A stretch of DNA of 64,000 bases from Octopus sinensis. Lineage: Eukaryota. The DNA lies in NCBI RefSeq assembly GCF_006345805.1, contig NC_043004.1, positions 106,640,001 through 106,704,000 of the forward strand, read 5' to 3'. Positions 23,848 through 36,756 of this stretch are shown one piece after another; the stretch's first letter is position 1, and each line of letters begins with the position of its first letter. The position numbers and the translations under genes were made by a program. The notes below the pieces were generated by a model. It was not told the DNA's origin and did no database searches. It was given only the letters and a program-made list of their open reading frames with translations.

Positions 23848-24477
23848 AAATATTAGGGAATAAATCCAAACTTACAGGGAAAAATCAGATTTAGGATTGA
23901 ATCCAATTTTATAGTAAAATATTATTCTATATTAAATTAGAGATAAAACCACTATTAGGCAAATCATACAATGAAAAACTTAAGCCAATACATAAGATTA
24001 ATTAATTCATATTATTTAAATATATATCAAAATTATTAAAAAAGATAATTAATTATCTTTTTTAATAATTTTGATATATATTTAAATAATATGAATTAAT
24101 TAATCTTATGTATTGGCTTAAGTTTTTCATTGTATGATTTGCCTAATAGTGGTTTTATCTCTAATTTAATATAATATATATATATGCATATATACAATGG
24201 GCTTCTTTCAGTTTCCATCTACCAAATCCACTCACAAGGCTTTGGTCAGCCCAAGGCTATAGTAGAAGGTGGCACGCAGAGGACTGAGCCCGGAACCATG
24301 TGGTTCATAAGCAAGCTACTTACCACACAACCACTCCTACGCCTATTGTGCTGTTTTTCTCACAGGCAGTGCCTAATTGACCCTGCTATACTGTGTAGTC
24401 GACAAAATCAAAAACAAACAATATGTGTACGCGAAATTGAAAATATAAAATGGGAACAATTGACCCATTGCACCCTG
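22428..24477 (-). mobile_element. Decayed Tc1/mariner superfamily element (maT/DD37D-like) interrupted by a SINE
   Basis: Ends cagggtgc.../...gcaccctg+TA. Transposase remnants KSIRSIARDMGVS, FSSDEKNF and WPPNSPDCNPLDY; SINE inserted at about 23515-24343. Confidence 0.75.
23928..24173. repeat. Perfect 246-bp palindrome (123-bp arms, no spacer)
   Basis: The right arm is the exact reverse complement of the left arm; centre gataatt|aattatc at 24050/24051. Confidence 0.97.
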
Positions 24478-24632
24478 TATATACATACTGAAGCTGATGA
24501 AATCAACTAGACCCCCTCCACCAAAAATTCACACCTTATGCTTATAGTAGAAAGAATTATACTCAATAAGTTCAATTCCAAACTGAGGAAAAGGTTGGAA
24601 ATGTATGCATGTGTATTAAGTGAATAAGGAGA

Positions 24633-24666
<34 letters not shown>

Positions 24667-24769
24667 ATATGTTGTAGACTGTTAGTGTCTATACAGGAAA
24701 AAAGAAAGGAAAATAATAGATATGTGTGTGAGTATGTCTCAAAGAAATGTGAAGAAAAAAGAGAAGTAT

Positions 24770-25560
24770 AGTTAAGTTAGTTAGTTAGTTAGTTAGTTAA
24801 TTTGGCTCAAAAGCAAATAGCAAGGCCATGTAGGGGGACATGGAGTTAAGTACAGGGTGGTGCTCATGTAAAGAGTTCAGGCCACTTGAGGTCCAGGGAG
24901 GCTTTGAACAAAGCGGTCGTCGGCATCTTCACCATCTCGTCTGGCAGCTTGTTCCACGGATCCGCAACCCGGACGGAGAAAGCTCCTCTCCTTCGATTGA
25001 GATGAAATCATCGCAGGTAGAGCTTTTCGGAATGACCCCGCAGCCGACGCTCTGGAGCAGGAGTGAAGAACAGCTCTTTCGAGAGGTTACACTTTCCGCT
25101 TATGATGTTGTGGGCGAGAATGAGATCACCACGGCGGCGGCGTTTTTCAAGAGAATAAAGGTTGAGCGTCCTCAGCCTTTCTTCGTAGGACAAATTTTTG
25201 AGACCATGAACCATGCGGGTAGCCAGCTTCTGGACTCTTTCGAGATGCTGTATGTCTTTGAGGAGATAAGGAGAAGAGGCTTGAATCCCATACTCCAATA
25301 TGGGTCTCACCAGCATGACATAGAGTGGTAGGAATATGGCTGCTGTGAGCATTCCGAATGACCGTCGAATCAAGAACAGAATTCCGCGTGCTTTGTTGGC
25401 AGCATGGATGCACTGGGCCGAAGGCGAAAAAGAGGAATCCACCAAGATACCCAGGTCCTTTACCTGATCGGTCCTCTCCAGCAGCAGACGACCCGGCTCG
25501 AAATCAAGTTGAGTTGCAGGAGTAGAGCCGACAGGCAGATGACAGCACTTTGACACGTTC
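24770..25560 (-). mobile_element. 5'-truncated CR1/L2-clade LINE
   Basis: ORF 25008-25634 contains KDLGILVD...KARGILFLIRRSF...LVRPILEYG...LERVQKLATR...YEERL..LNLYSLEKRRRRGDLI. 3' (TAAC)n tail at 24770-24800. Confidence 0.9.
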
Positions 25561-25893
25561 AGAGAGAGAGAAGAAGTGAGAGAGGGAGAGAAAGAAGAGG
25601 AGACTGTTCCTGAAAGAAGGAAATGTGCAATCAATGTAAATACAAATCGTATAAATAAACGAAGTTCTATTTATATCCCTTCCAAGTGTATATTTATTAA
25701 TGATAGCCTCTAAAATAGATGAAATTTCTGCTAAATGTAATGAAATGATGGTTAAGTCTGCTGAGGGTTTTATGTGAGCTAAATTTCTTGATAAATGTTG
25801 ACAAGCCGTTCGTCCAGTTCCTACACCTCTTTCTAATGCAGTAGAAGAATTAGAAAAGGAAGAAAAGTCAGAATCTTATATTATTTATTCTAC

Positions 25894-26122
25894 CTTGTAA
25901 ACCATCCATAGTTGAGGTTGTTGTCTGATAAATTTTCTCTGCTACTGGTATGTCTTGCAGTCCACTGTCAGTTACATTTGGTACATCCATGGTTGTGTTG
26001 GTAATGAGGCTGCTGTATGACTGACTCCAAGACTCTGGTAACTCTGTACTGACTCCAGTGGTTCCAAAAGGAGCTCTAGTGTGGTTGTTGGTGTTGGCTA
26101 CTTCCACTTGTTCTGTCTTGAA
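25894..26122 (-). CDS. SLC1 exon, TM3-TM4 extracellular loop (FKTEQVEVANTNNHT...MDGLQ)
   Basis: Acceptor TTTTCTGTCAACAG|TTC AAG ACA gives FKT, as in EAAT FKQ|FKT. N-glycosylation sequons NHT, NTT and NVT. Donor CAAG|GTAGAA is phase 1; the 3' boundary is less certain. Confidence 0.75.
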
Positions 26123-27252
26123 CTGTTGACAGAAAATAGAATAAACTCACAACTGAAGCCAAAACAGAAACAGATTCTGTAAAATAAAATAAATTTTTGT
26201 ATCATGTAGAATTATGATTTCTTACCTCCTCCTCCGAAATTGCTGGCTTTGTGCTAAAATTCGAAACCGATGTAATGTATCTGCTATGGATTAGAAGAAC
26301 TGATACATTTGACAAAATGTTTCCTGGCATTTGTTCCAGTTTGTTAAGTTTGAAGTTCAAATCCATCTGAAGTTGACTTTGCTTTTTATCCTCCTGGGGT
26401 TGATTAAATAAAGTACTATTTGAATACCCGGGTGGATATAATTGGCTGTTCTTTGTCATCATCATCCTCTGGACATTACTGTTTCATGGGGTCGGTTACC
26501 TGGTTTTCAAGGAGCATTAATGACCAAGATCACCAAGATTCACACCCAGAACAGAACGCTAACCCGTCGCAGGGTCAGTCATTTACAGCTGAGTGGAGCA
26601 ACATGAAGTAAAGTGTCTTGCTGAAGAGCATAACAGTCCAGGAATCAAATCTGTGGTCCTTGCAATTGCGTCACCCTATCCATTAAGCACTAGCGTAGCT
26701 GGGAGAGTGGAAGGGGGGGACGATACTTTTAAAGGTCTACTTTTGGGTCTACTGTAGGCAATATGTGTTTTTTGTGAGGTCTGGGGTGGTAAACAGAAGG
26801 GCCACCCTGGGCGGAAAACGGAGGGGCCACCCTGGGCAGCACACACTCTAGCTATGCTAGAGACATTAGGCCACTTGCCTTCACTAACTGATTGTTACCT
26901 TACTCAGATTTCTGGTTTTGTAACTATGTAAAATTAAAAAGGCCCTCAATTTTCTTTGTTCATAACTTCCAGAAAAAATAGATATTTCTCAGTGAAATTT
27001 TCTACAAATACACTTCAGATGGTGTACATTCCGATTATATCAGGATTTGTGGTAAAAAAATTTTTTCCTGTAGGTGGGAGTGAGGAATTTCGGAAAATCC
27101 ATAAGCGTCAGCTTTGTTTCCTCATAACTTTCAAAAAGATGAGATTTTTTTTTTGTGAAGTATTCTACAAATACCTTTCAGAGTGTGTAGATTATGATTA
27201 CATCGAAATTTAATAATAATAATAATAATGATAATAATAATAATAATAAGAA

Positions 27253-27283
<31 letters not shown>

Positions 27284-27357
27284 AAGAAGAAGAAGAAGAA
27301 GAAGAAGAAGAAGAAGAAGAAAAGACGACAACCAATTTTATAAGTGATTTTACTTAC

Positions 27358-27400
27358 TCTCTTAAAACAGGCCACCATTAGATTATCTGGAAATATATTC
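27358..27400 (-). CDS. SLC1 exon (R)NIFPDNLMVACFKR, 43 bp
   Basis: Acceptor TTCTTTTTCAG, donor GTAAGT. Matches EAAT NMFPPNLVEACFKQ; phase 2 in, phase 0 out. Confidence 0.92.
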
Positions 27401-28449
27401 CTGAAAAAGAATAAACACCAATGTCAGAAAAATACAAATTTATTGTAAGCAATATATGAGCCATCTGAGTTACCTGAAGACACATAAAAACTCTTTTACG
27501 TTTACTTTTTTCTGTTCCTTTGTGCCAATGACCAGGTTGCAGGGAGATGACGAATAACCTTTCGACACCTCAAGATGCTGAGCTTGCAGAAACATTAGCA
27601 TACCGGGCAAAATGGGTACTTTTTGGTTATCTCATCCCTATTAAAAATTTGGGTTATCTCCCCCAACTAAAAAAAATTGTTCAACCCTCAATAAAACAAA
27701 AACAAAAATTGAAACATTAATAAATATAAAAAGTGAAAAGATTAAACATCTTATTAAATGTGATAATATTTTTATAACAAATCTTACAAAACTGAAAAAA
27801 TTAATAAACACAAAAACTGAAAAACATTAAATATATTATTGGATCTAATAACATTTTTATAACAAACCATTCCATACCTACTGAGGAGGCCAAAAGTCGA
27901 CTGGGCATTGGTAAGTCGCCTTGTCTCACCTCGCTACCGATTACATACACACACACACACACTCATCCAACAGGTTTCCACACAGTTTCCCTTGATCAAA
28001 TTCGCTCACAATGCATTAGTCAACCCGAGACTAGAGTAGAAGAAACTTGTTTAAGGTGCCGTGCTGTGAGACTGAGCCCGAAACTATATGGTTACAAAGC
28101 GAGCTTCTTAACCACACACCTATGCCTTAACAAACAAATGCAACACACGATTTTATAGTTGTAGTAGACTACCTAGACCACCCATAACCCATTCGGTCAC
28201 CGTGAAAGTCTGCGTTTCCCAGCAACAGGGTTTTGTTTCATGGGTTTTTTTTTTCCTTTCCAGATTATTTCGTATGCTTTCAATGAATGTGACATTGAGA
28301 TCACATGTAAACGGCTCCTTTCCACAGAAAAGGAAAGATTTGGCTGCTATTTTTTGCACTTCCTGCTACCTCGTAACAGATATTTCGGGTCTTTATCGCA
28401 AATAGCTGTCACGTGGTAGCAGGGCGTGCTAGAAATAGCAACCAGATCT

Positions 28450-29105
28450 TTGGAGGTGAGATACGTTGAATGCGCTCGAAAAAACCTATGGAAAAAAATT
28501 ATTTGACACCGAGGTTACGAACGGGTCTTTTACGAAATATTTACCGTATTTTTAAAGTCATTTTCACTTTAAAAATTTTTTTAAATATGCCAAAAAAATT
28601 TTGTAATGGTATTCACTAGAAAATAATTTTAAAAAACATTAGAATATTGTCTGTTTAAAGAAAGCTAAAACATAAATACTTACTGTACAAACAACTTACA
28701 TTTTTGAAATCACATTCACTTAAAAATATCACTAAATGATTAAAATATTGTGTTTAACAAAAGCGAAAATAGAAATATTTACTGTAAAAAACAAATCGTA
28801 TTTTTTCATTGTCAAGTCACTGTGTCTAATCGAAATGTAAGAGTTTCTTCCCTATCAGAGTTAAGTTATTTTCAGAATAATTTCCCATTATGCACCGTTT
28901 TGGGTATTTATATCCCAAACCCCCTAATATCTCCACAACCACTTGTCCGATTTACGCGAAACTTGTTTAATTCCGTTCGTATTTACATTTCAGGGGATAC
29001 TTAATTCATTGTATATTCCCATTATGCGCCAGTTTGGCTGGGTAACATTGCAAGCAAGCACGCAAGATTCAAGCTTACTTTCAATGTATTATAGATAGAT
29101 AGAAT
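28450..29105 (-). mobile_element. Possible Helitron/Helentron-like element
   Basis: Minus strand begins TCTATCTATAATACATTG; composition is distinct from the flanks. A canonical 3' CTAG was not identified. Confidence 0.3.
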
Positions 29106-29172
29106 AATATGGAATTCTATAATTCTATATCAGAAAATATTTCTATCTTGCTTTAAGACTTTCTTCAAACAA

Positions 29173-29244
<72 letters not shown>

Positions 29245-30654
29245 TCTCTCAACGTACTTTTACATTTTATCAAAATAAATCAACAAAGTGAAATAAATTA
29301 GCTTATCGACAGAGGCGTTAGGAAGGGTATCCAGCTGTAGAAACTCTGCCAGATCAAGATTGGAGCCTGGTGCAGCCATCTGGTTCGCCAGTCCTCAGTC
29401 AAATCGTCCAACCCATGCTAGCATGGAAAGCGGACGTTAAACGATGGTGATGATGATGATGACAGAAAGGAAGAGACGTTTCGAGTTGGATGTTTTCATC
29501 AACGATATCATTTAATCAATATCAACTGGCCTAAATGTTTTGACAGATGTCTTTATAAACGACGGGAAAAGCATTACAAAGTAAAGATAGAAGACCAAAG
29601 TGTTTTGCTAAACAACCTTACTGTCTTAATAAGGATTTCTCACATTGTAACAATTCTGGAATTTGTATGGCAATGATATAAGTCTATTGATTAGCTTCGT
29701 ATCGATCTATGTAGTGGGCCAATAGACTCTCAAGACAGAATAAAGGAATTCTTAACCAGAAGTTTCAGTTATACTGTCTTCTTCAGAATACACATCAGTA
29801 TGTATTCCATAGAACACGCCTCAGTAGTTTCAGAATGCTATGGCAAAAGCATTGAAATGTGGAAAAATCAGACATCTTCTCAAGTAAACTAGAACCTCGA
29901 AAATTTCAATAACACGCAGAATAAAATAATGGAAAATCATCTAGATTTAATTGGATGAGTTTTTAATTGACACTTCAAAAGACTTTTAAAAGGTATCAAG
30001 AAGATATGCGTATTAAGTACGCTTGTAGCTTGCGTATATTTTATCAAGTTTCAAAACAGAGGCCTTCTGTACTGTCAAGCGTTGATTATTTTGGTGGTAG
30101 AAAACAAAATTAGAAATACAGACATCACCAGAAATTCCCAAAGAAGAAATTTCATTGCAGGATTTCATTAAATTATGATACACGGGCCATGTGGTATTAA
30201 ATAATCCCGCTTTCCTTATATAGAAAAGAAGCATGCGGAAAATTTTCCAGAAAGCTCCTGGAGAGTGATATTGTTTAATATAAACGGTTACTCAAAATAC
30301 CGAAGAGGCGTAACAATGGAATTAGAATCAGTGGCGAAGCTAATAGGGGAGCAAAAGGAACGACTGCGCCCCACAAAATTGGCGCCTTTTCAACAGTTTT
30401 TCTAAAACCCCTTAGTGCACGTCTGCGATAAAATCGAATCTTTTTTTTTTTTTGTTAATCGCATGGCTTTGGAAGAACTTTCTAGGGTGTTTACTTTATT
30501 TGACCAACTTCCCGTGATTTTGAACTGTTTACTCAATCTCTTGTGATGTATTGGTGGCTGCCGACATCTGAAGAACCAGAACAAACCCTGACATCATAAC
30601 CTCTCGACACTGGACTATCTCGTGGAGTTTCATCTTTTTCCCGTCACACCAATC

Positions 30655-30860
30655 TCTTTACTTGTTTCAGTCATTTGACTGCGGCCATGCTGGAGCACCA
30701 CCTTTAGTCGAAGAAATCGACCCCATGACTTATTCTTTGTAAGCCTAGTACTTATTCTATCAGTCACTTTTGCCGAACCACTAAGTTACGGGGACGTAAA
30801 CACACCAGCATCGGTTGTCATGCGATGTTGGGAGGAGGACAAACACAGACACACAAACAT

Positions 30861-30901
<41 letters not shown>

Positions 30902-31075
30902 CGACGGGCTTCTTTTCAGTTTCCGTCTACCAAATCCACTCACAAGGCTTTGGCCAGCCCAAGGCTATAGTAGAAGACACTTCCAAGGCTATAGTAGAAG
31001 GTGGCACGCAGTGGGACTGAACCCAGAACCATGTGGTTCGTAAGCAAGCTACTTACCACCCAGCCACTCCTGCAT
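30655..31075 (-). mobile_element. SINE family A, full-length
   Basis: Reverse complement of the family A head and tail; carries a short internal duplication of aaggctatagtagaag. Confidence 0.85.
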
Positions 31076-31190
31076 AGCCACGTTCTAAGGTTAGAGGGAT
31101 TGAGCACATAAAAAAAAAGGCGCTGTGACACGTGCCAAGCAAATTTTTAACTTATTACTCTTATTCTACGCGAAATATTTCATTAGTTAT

Positions 31191-31428
31191 TGTTATATAA
31201 TCATCACAACAAACATGAACAATCAACGTCGCCCATTGTCTCCCTTGATAAAAGGACTTTCACTTTGTTTCCCGCCAAAACAATTAACTTGTACAACAAC
31301 GGCAGTCGAATAAAGTATCTTGTATCGTTAACACGTTGTTTCAGTCTCTCTCATTTTCTTAATCTTTCATACTAAGTACTCACTACTTCCTTTAATACTC
31401 AATACATTATATATATATAACAACAACA
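31191..31428 (+). repeat. 5' LTR (238 bp)
   Basis: Identical by eye to 35448-35685; contains AATAAA. Confidence 0.95.
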
Positions 31429-31439
31429 TGGTGTCAGAA
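31429..31439 (+). promoter_or_regulatory. Primer-binding site TGGTGTCAGAA (tRNA-Leu-like)
   Basis: Lies immediately after the 5' LTR. Complementary to the ...TTCTGACACCA 3' end recalled for eukaryotic tRNA-Leu. Confidence 0.65.
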
Positions 31440-31482
31440 TACTAAAAGAACCCAAAATACAGAAACCAAAGGAAAAAAGAAG

Positions 31483-34400
31483 TTGAAATCATACTTCAAA
31501 GACGAAATGGAAAATTTACCGCATCCAAAAGACCTAGACTTTAATCAGGAAAATCTAGCCGCAGCATGGAAAAAGTGGAAAAAAGAATTCAATCTCTTTT
31601 TGATAGCAACAGAAAGTGACATGAAGCCAGACAAAGTAAAAACTTCAATGTTTTTAACTTGCATCGGTTCTAAAGGCCGAGATATCCATTCCACACTGGA
31701 TTTCGATTCACCCGACGAAGAAATGAACCTTCAGACAGTAATCGAAAAATTCGATGCATATTGTGAACCCAGGAAAAACATAACTTTCCTAAGACACAAA
31801 TTCTTCACATGTGGACAAGCGGAACACATCAAAATTCGATGAGTACGTAGTAGAGTTGCGCCAAAAGGCACAACAGTGCGAATTCGGCAACCTCACAGAC
31901 AGTCTCACCAAAGATATTCTGATATGTGGAATCAGAGACATGAGATTAAGAGAAAGATATTGAGAGAACCAAATTTAGACCTACAAAAAACAATTCAAGC
32001 AGGTCAGAGTGCAGAGCAAACACGACTCCAATCAAGGATGCTAAATGCCACATCCGAAACAAGAGATAACGAAATCTCGAGGGTATATAGTCAACACGAC
32101 AGAAAAGGCGCCAAAACTCAAATAACCCGCCATATGCAATCCATACATCAAAACGAACAAGGCGGAAGTGACAGAAAGCCCGCGAAGTTTCAAGCGCCAA
32201 GTCAACACTACGTCACCAGCTGTCACTATTGTGGTTATAATCACAAAAGAAATAAATGCCCAGCATTTCACAAGACATGTGAAAAATGCAAGAAACAAGG
32301 ACACTATGCAAAAATGTGCAAATCAAGAAAATTTGTACATAAAGTAGAGATACATACCGACGATGAATCAGATGACGATACACATGCACTCGAAATGATC
32401 CACACTCAAAAGACATTTGGACGGTCGAACTAAAAGTGAACAACTCGAATGTAACATTCAAAATAGATACAGGAGCAGACGTAACCGTACTGCCATTCAG
32501 AGAATATGAAATATAATTCCAAAACCACAACTGCAAAAAACTTCAACTCGATTATCAGCTTATAATAACACAGCTATAAAAGTGCTAGGAAAATGCACAG
32601 CAGTCATTAAATACAAAGAATTATCAAAGCAAATAAAATTCATTGTTGCAAAAACAAACTCGCACGCAGTTATAGATGCAAAGACAGCTAAAGATCTGAA
32701 CCTGATTCAGAGAATTTCAAAATATAATTCGTCGAACACAAACGACATATTAGAAAATATGAAGACTGTTTCGGAGAAATCGGCACTTTGTCAATAACAC
32801 ATCATATCACAGTGGATCCACAAATAACTCCTGTAATTCATCCACCAAGATCGGTTCCTTTTTCTATAAAAGAAAAGCTCAACAAAGAATTAAAAAGAAT
32901 GACAGAATTAGATATCATAAAACCTGTTAGTGAACCTACAGACTGGGTAAATTCCCTAGTCATCGTTGAAAAAGCCAACGGAAAACTCCGACTCTGTTTA
33001 GACCCCAAGAATCTAAACAAAGCCATAAAAAGGCAACATTTCAAACTCCCTACAGCGGAGGACATTTTTGCACAAATGCATAACCCTAAATATTTTTCAA
33101 AACTCGATGCATCTAATGGATACTGGCAAATTCCAGTTGACGAAGAAAGCTCCCATCTTTTAACGTTCAACACACCTTTTGGAAGGTATCGCTTCACACG
33201 ACTACCCTTTGGAATTCACAGCGCCAGTGAAGTTTTCCAAAAAGAAATTTCAAAAATAATAGAGGGCATAGAAGGAGCAAGAAATTCACAGGATGACATC
33301 ATAATCTGGTCCAACACTTTAGAAGAACACACAAATAGACTACAACAAGTTTTCGATCGAATCCGAAAGCACGGATTAAAGTTAAATAAATCAAAGTGTA
33401 TCTTCTATGAATCACAAATCAAGTACCTTGGGCATATATTAACCAGCGAAGGGATAAAACAAGATCCAACCAAGGTACAAGCAATCATTCACATGCCACT
33501 GCCAACAAGTAAAAAAGAATTACAAAGATTCCTAGGTATGACAAATTACCTATGTAAATTTTTATCTAATTACTCCGAAGTCACAGCACCATTACGCCAG
33601 CTTCTACAGAGTGACACGTTATGGTCATTCGACAAACCACAAATCGAAGCAATAAAAAAGCTAAAAGAAATGATTACCAGAAAACCAGTGCTACAATTTT
33701 ATGATCCAGATCTACCAATAAAAATAACTACAGATGCTAGTAAGCATGGGCTCGGAGCGATACTTGAGCAGAAACACAACGAAAGATGGCTACCTGTTTC
33801 GTTTGCATCTCGTGCAACAACTCAAGCGGAACAAAACTACTGTCCGATAGAGAGCGAAGCTCTCAGTATAGTTTTCGCATGCAAGAAATTTCATCAGTTT
33901 ATATACGGAACTCATTTCAGAATCGAAAATGACCATAAACCGTTGAAGCAAATATTCAAAAAATCGATCACTAAATGCCCCCCCAGAATCCAAAGATTTC
34001 TACTAACATTACAAAGATATGATTTTGACCTAAACCACATACCTGGTAAGAATCAATTGTTGCAGATACCCTATCACGTGCATACCTTGAGCAAAATACT
34101 CCAGAAGTATCAGACGAAGATATGAAATCGCACATTCATGCAGTAATAAAAAATTACCCCATAACCGACACTAAATTAAAAGAGTATAAAGAAGCCACTG
34201 CAGACGACCCGTCTCTACAGACACTCGTCACATATACAAGAACAGAATGGCCCCCAAAAGACAAAATACCAATAAACATCAAACCATTCGTATCTGTTCG
34301 TGATGAAATATCAATCGTCAATGGTCTCGTTCTAAAAGGTTCAAGAATAATTGTACCTAAGTCATTACGTAGAGAAGCTCTACAGGAATACATACCGGAC

Positions 34401-35407
34401 ACATGGGTATCGAAAAATGCATAGAGAGAGCGAAGGAATGTATATACTGGCCCGGCATTAACGCTCAAATCAAAGACATGATTAACACATGCTCATACTG
34501 CATTGACTACAAAAATCAACAAGCAGCCGAACCACTAATAAATCATGAAATACCTACTACACCATGGACCAAAGTGGGTACAGACGTATTTCACCTGTCT
34601 GGAAATTCGTATGTCACAATTATTGACTATACAACAAGATTTTTTGATCTACACGAAATAAATGATTGCCAGTCAAAAACCGTAATCAAAAAATTAAAAG
34701 AAACTTTTGCTAAATTCGGAATTCCGCAAACAGTTGTAAGTGACAACGGTCCAGAATTCAATTCGGCTGAATTCAAAAAATTTGCAAAAAATTGGCATTT
34801 TCATCACACGAAGACAAGCCCGCATTATCATCAAGCCAATGGCATGGTTGAGAGAAATATACAGACAATAAAAAAGACGATAAAAAAGGCATTCAAGAGT
34901 GGCGAAGAACCTCAGTTAGCGCTCTTAGCATTACGCACGACTAAATTACAAAATGGTGCACCATCCCCTGCAAATCAAATAATGAATAGAACATTGCGAA
35001 CAAATCTCCCAAACATACTACACGACAAAATTGGTATCAGGCCTCACGAAAAGAAGAAATCAAACATTACAACAGAACTCCCAGAGTTAAAACCACACGA
35101 CACGGTTAGAATTAAGTTTAACAACAATTGGTTTAGAAGGGGCAAAATAATTAAAAAACTAGAGCAACCTCGTTCATACTTAGTAATAACAGAGGAAGGA
35201 AATACAGTCAAACGAAATAGACAACATATTCTTAAAACAAACGAACACGTTCGCATATCAGAAGAATTAGATTATGAAAATATATTTCTAAAGTCAACAA
35301 ACACGCATGAAAAAACAAAAACAGCACAACTACAAAATTCAACACTACAAAATAATAAAACCACAAAAAGTGGACGACAAATAATTATTCCCTGTAGATA
35401 CAGATGA
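31483..35407 (+). pseudogene. gag-pol of the Gypsy element, broken by about 7 single-base frameshifts in this sequence
   Basis: CCHC knuckle CEKCKKQGHYAKMC; protease DTG at 32466; RT motifs LDASNGYWQI and SQDD; RNaseH TDASKHGLGA; integrase H..MG..C-x2-C zinc finger and core VSDNGPEF...NGMVER. Confidence 0.9.
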
Positions 35408-35447
35408 TAAAAAAAAAATAAATAAATAAAAATAAAAAAAAGGAAGA

Positions 35448-35685
35448 TGTTATATAATCATCACAACAAACATGAACAATCAACGTCGCCCATTGTCTCC
35501 CTTGATAAAAGGACTTTCACTTTGTTTCCCGCCAAAACAATTAACTTGTACAACAACGGCAGTCGAATAAAGTATCTTGTATCGTTAACACGTTGTTTCA
35601 GTCTCTCTCATTTTCTTAATCTTTCATACTAAGTACTCACTACTTCCTTTAATACTCAATACATTATATATATATAACAACAACA
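35448..35685 (+). repeat. 3' LTR (238 bp)
   Basis: Identical by eye to 31191-31428; preceded by the PPT aaaaaaaaggaaga. Confidence 0.95.
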
Positions 35686-35711
35686 GTTATAATGTATGTA
35701 ATTGTATTCTG

Positions 35712-35960
35712 TGAAGGCGCATGGCTCAGTGGTTAGAACGCAAAGCTTACGATCGTGAGGTTGTGAGTTCGATTCCCGAACCAGGTTGTGTGTTGTGTTC
35801 TTGAGCAAGACACTTTATTTCTCTTTGCTCCAGTTAACTCAGCTGTAGAAATGAGTTGCAACATCATTGGTGCCAAGTTGTATCGGCCTTTGCTTTTCCC
35901 TTGGACAACATCGGTGGTGTCCCAGGTGCAGTCCCAGGTCATTCATGACCGAAGGGGGTC
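35712..35960 (+). mobile_element. tRNA-derived SINE family D (CORE-like)
   Basis: Box A tggctcagtgg, box B gagttcgattcc, then ttgtgttcttgagcaagacactt. Other copies at about 15460-15670, 38070-38260, 42470-42720, 46395-46600 and 47060-47215. Confidence 0.8.
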
Positions 35961-35985
35961 TCCTCCTCCTCCTAATTGTATTCTA

Positions 35986-36756
35986 CAGGGTGGTCCTAAA
36001 GTCTTGTCACCCACTACCGAAAAGTAATAAGAACAATAAAGGAATAACATAATGATATCAAACGCATGTAGTAGTTTTAGCATATTTTACGAAGTTGTGC
36101 TTTGGTGATTGTTGCATCGACTGCCGAAACAACGTCCTTCAACTGTTTGGTATTTTGGTCTCTCTCTTGTGAAACTCTTTCCTTGATAATAGCCAACAGA
36201 GCGATGTAGCAAGACGTAAGGCCTGGACTTTCTTGGAAGCCAATTGAGAGGTGCTCGAAGCTGTTACGATCCTCGCCTCATCGATCTATACCGAAAAACT
36301 TCATTCAGATATTCCCTGACATTGATGGCACAGTGGGGTGGAGCACCGTCTTATTGAAACTACTAATCATTAAAATCCACATTCAACCTCTGGAGCTGTG
36401 GAACAAGCCACTCCCTTAACATGGCAAGGTAAGGATGCTGGTTAACAAAGCCCTCGGAGAAATAGGGTCCTATCAAGTTGAGGGTTGTCCTGTCCTCGGT
36501 TTGTCCTTAATTGATCCTGTCAGAAACAGTTTAAGTTCTCGACGCAGTATCGTCTTCTTCGGAGGGGCTAGTCTGCCGAATCTAGCAGTGAAGTCATGTC
36601 GCACATCCTCCATGATCTTGCCAGAATGCACACGATCATGTGCCCATGCACTTGCAATCAACTTCTCTTCCAAATTATAGGAGCTCGTGTCAGCCGTCTG
36701 AAATAGAAAATTAAAACAATATTTACAGGGGGTGACAAGACTTTCAGACTTCCCTG
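35986..36756 (-). mobile_element. Internally deleted Tc1/mariner superfamily element
   Basis: TIRs CAGGG..AAAGTCTTGTCACCC at both ends with TA flanks. Minus-strand remnants Q*DGAPPHC and SPGLTSC (SPDLTPC-like). Confidence 0.8.

Larger units (their letters stand above)
31191..35685 (+). mobile_element. Full-length Ty3/Gypsy LTR retrotransposon inserted antisense in the large SLC1 intron
   Basis: Two 238-bp LTRs (TGTT...AACA) and a 5-bp TSD GTTAT (31186-31190 / 35686-35690). PBS follows the 5' LTR and a polypurine tract precedes the 3' LTR. Internal order is gag-protease-RT-RNaseH-integrase. Confidence 0.97.

Noticed and set aside
26690-26860. Short element with ctagcgtagct/agctatgctag ends; also the cagggccgg fragment at 51650-51830
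   Set aside because: They may be MITE remnants, but no TSD or clean TIR pair could be established.
35712-35790. tRNA-like A/B boxes (also 40950-41025 and many SINE heads)
   Set aside because: They lack an acceptor stem or cloverleaf and continue into SINE bodies, so they are SINE heads, not tRNA genes.
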